Shown here in pieces: positions 63,070 to 64,000 of a DNA stretch of 64,000 bases (position 1 is its first letter; each line of letters starts with the position of its first letter). A model generated the notes under the pieces. It was not told where the DNA came from. It searched no databases and was given only the letters and a program-made list of their open reading frames with translations. This stretch comes from Arcobacteraceae bacterium (GTDB lineage Bacteria; Campylobacterota; Campylobacteria; Campylobacterales; Arcobacteraceae): NCBI GenBank assembly GCA_965224485.1, contig CBDCZH010000010.1, positions 160,001-224,000 on the forward strand. The letters run 5' to 3'. Made by a program: the position numbers and the translations under genes.

Positions 63070-63606
63070 ATGTTAGAGGGTATCATAAGAGATAGTATAA
63101 CTAAGCAAGCGACTAAGCAACTTAGAAGAGATGGATATTTAATTGCGAATATTTATGGAAAAGGTAAGGAAAATGTTAATGCTGCATTTAAAAGTAATGA
63201 GTTTATTAAGTTTTTAAGAGCTAAAGAAACTATTGCATTTGAAGTAAAAGTTGCAGGAACAGTTTATAAAGTAGTAGTTAAAGAGTATCAAAAATGCCCA
63301 CTTACTTCAAGCTTAATTCATGTTGACTTAATGATTGCACTTCCAGGTGTTAGAGCAGTTTACCATGTTCCAATTATAACTGAAGGTACTGCAAAAGGTA
63401 TTAAAAATAGTGGTTTATTTGTTTTTCATAAGAAAAGAATTTCTGTTAAATCAACAATTGAAAACTTACCTGAATCATTTAACTTACAAGTTGGAGATTT
63501 AGATACAGGTGATAATATCCTAATTAGAGATATTGATTTTCCTGCAAATGTAGATTGTTACTTAGACCCACGAGTTCCAATTGTAGGTGTAATTAAAGCT
63601 AAATAA
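63070..63606 (+). CDS. rplY: 50S ribosomal protein L25/Ctc
   Basis: [21 protein letters not shown] 63070 after AAGGA. Confidence 0.96.
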   Translation: MLEGIIRDSITKQATKQLRRDGYLIANIYGKGKENVNAAFKSNEFIKFLRAKETIAFEVKVAGTVYKVVVKEYQKCPLTSSLIHVDLMIALPGVRAVYHVPIITEGTAKGIKNSGLFVFHKKRISVKSTIENLPESFNLQVGDLDTGDNILIRDIDFPANVDCYLDPRVPIVGVIKAK

Positions 63607-63609
63607 TTT

Positions 63610-64000
63610 ATGTATTTAATTGTAGGCCTTGGAAATATAGGTGATAAATACAAAAAAACTAGACACAATATAGGTTTCATGGTCATCGATGAGATGAGCA
63701 GAAACCTAAGTGTTAAAACAAATATAAATAAAGCTAACTTTATAGCTGATGTTATAAAATCCTCAAACAATCTTTTAGTAAAACCTCACACTTTTATGAA
63801 CAATTCTGGTCAAAGCATAAGCGCAATAAAAGATTATTATAAAATTCCAAATGAAAATATTATTGTAATTCATGATGATTTAGACCTTCCTTTTTCTACT
63901 GTTAAATTTAAAGTAGGTGGCGGACATGGTGGACATAATGGTTTGCGTTCTCTTGATGCGCACATACAAAAAGATTATACAAGAGTAAGAATAGGTATTG
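63610..64000 (+). CDS. pth: Peptidyl-tRNA hydrolase (3'-truncated by the window)
   Basis: MYLIVGLGNIG..TRHNIGF, KPHTFMNNSG, HDDLDL, GGHNGLRS, RVRIGI. Confidence 0.97.
   Translation, partial: MYLIVGLGNIGDKYKKTRHNIGFMVIDEMSRNLSVKTNINKANFIADVIKSSNNLLVKPHTFMNNSGQSISAIKDYYKIPNENIIVIHDDLDLPFSTVKFKVGGGHGGHNGLRSLDAHIQKDYTRVRIGI

Overview
Very AT-rich chromosomal segment of a Campylobacterota bacterium. Gene content and order (stand-alone atpE, nifS-nifU, cheV, rpiB-lepB-folD, rplY-pth) suggest Arcobacteraceae; this is inferred, not database-checked. Bases 1-6587 look like the right end of an integrative island at the 3' end of a tRNA-Leu(GAG). It holds a truncated P-loop ATPase-like ORF, several unknown ORFs, a hypothetical+DUF2971 pair and an intact IS30. 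The rest is core or semi-core: an MCP, atpE, two TetR-controlled RND efflux operons, a SCO/PCuAC copper chaperone cluster, NhaA, a Fur-family/ZnuA/ZevAB-like zinc locus, two trans-sulfuration enzymes, a complete SUF operon about 2 kb from nifSU, an FNR-box hemerythrin operon, argH, cheV, tcdA, greA, argC, lpxH, uvrB, nth, an OprC-like TonB receptor, rpiB, lepB, folD, rplY and pth. The most notable unannotated signals are a candidate anti-Shine-Dalgarno sRNA (11.1-11.25 kb), a 25-bp operator shared by suf and nif, an 18-bp motif shared by two distant copper loci, a CxxC leader ORF before atpE, a candidate defence pair in the island, and apparent ATA/ATT starts. Five genes are split by single-base indels in short homopolymers, most likely sequencing errors. 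All family calls come from motif recognition by eye.
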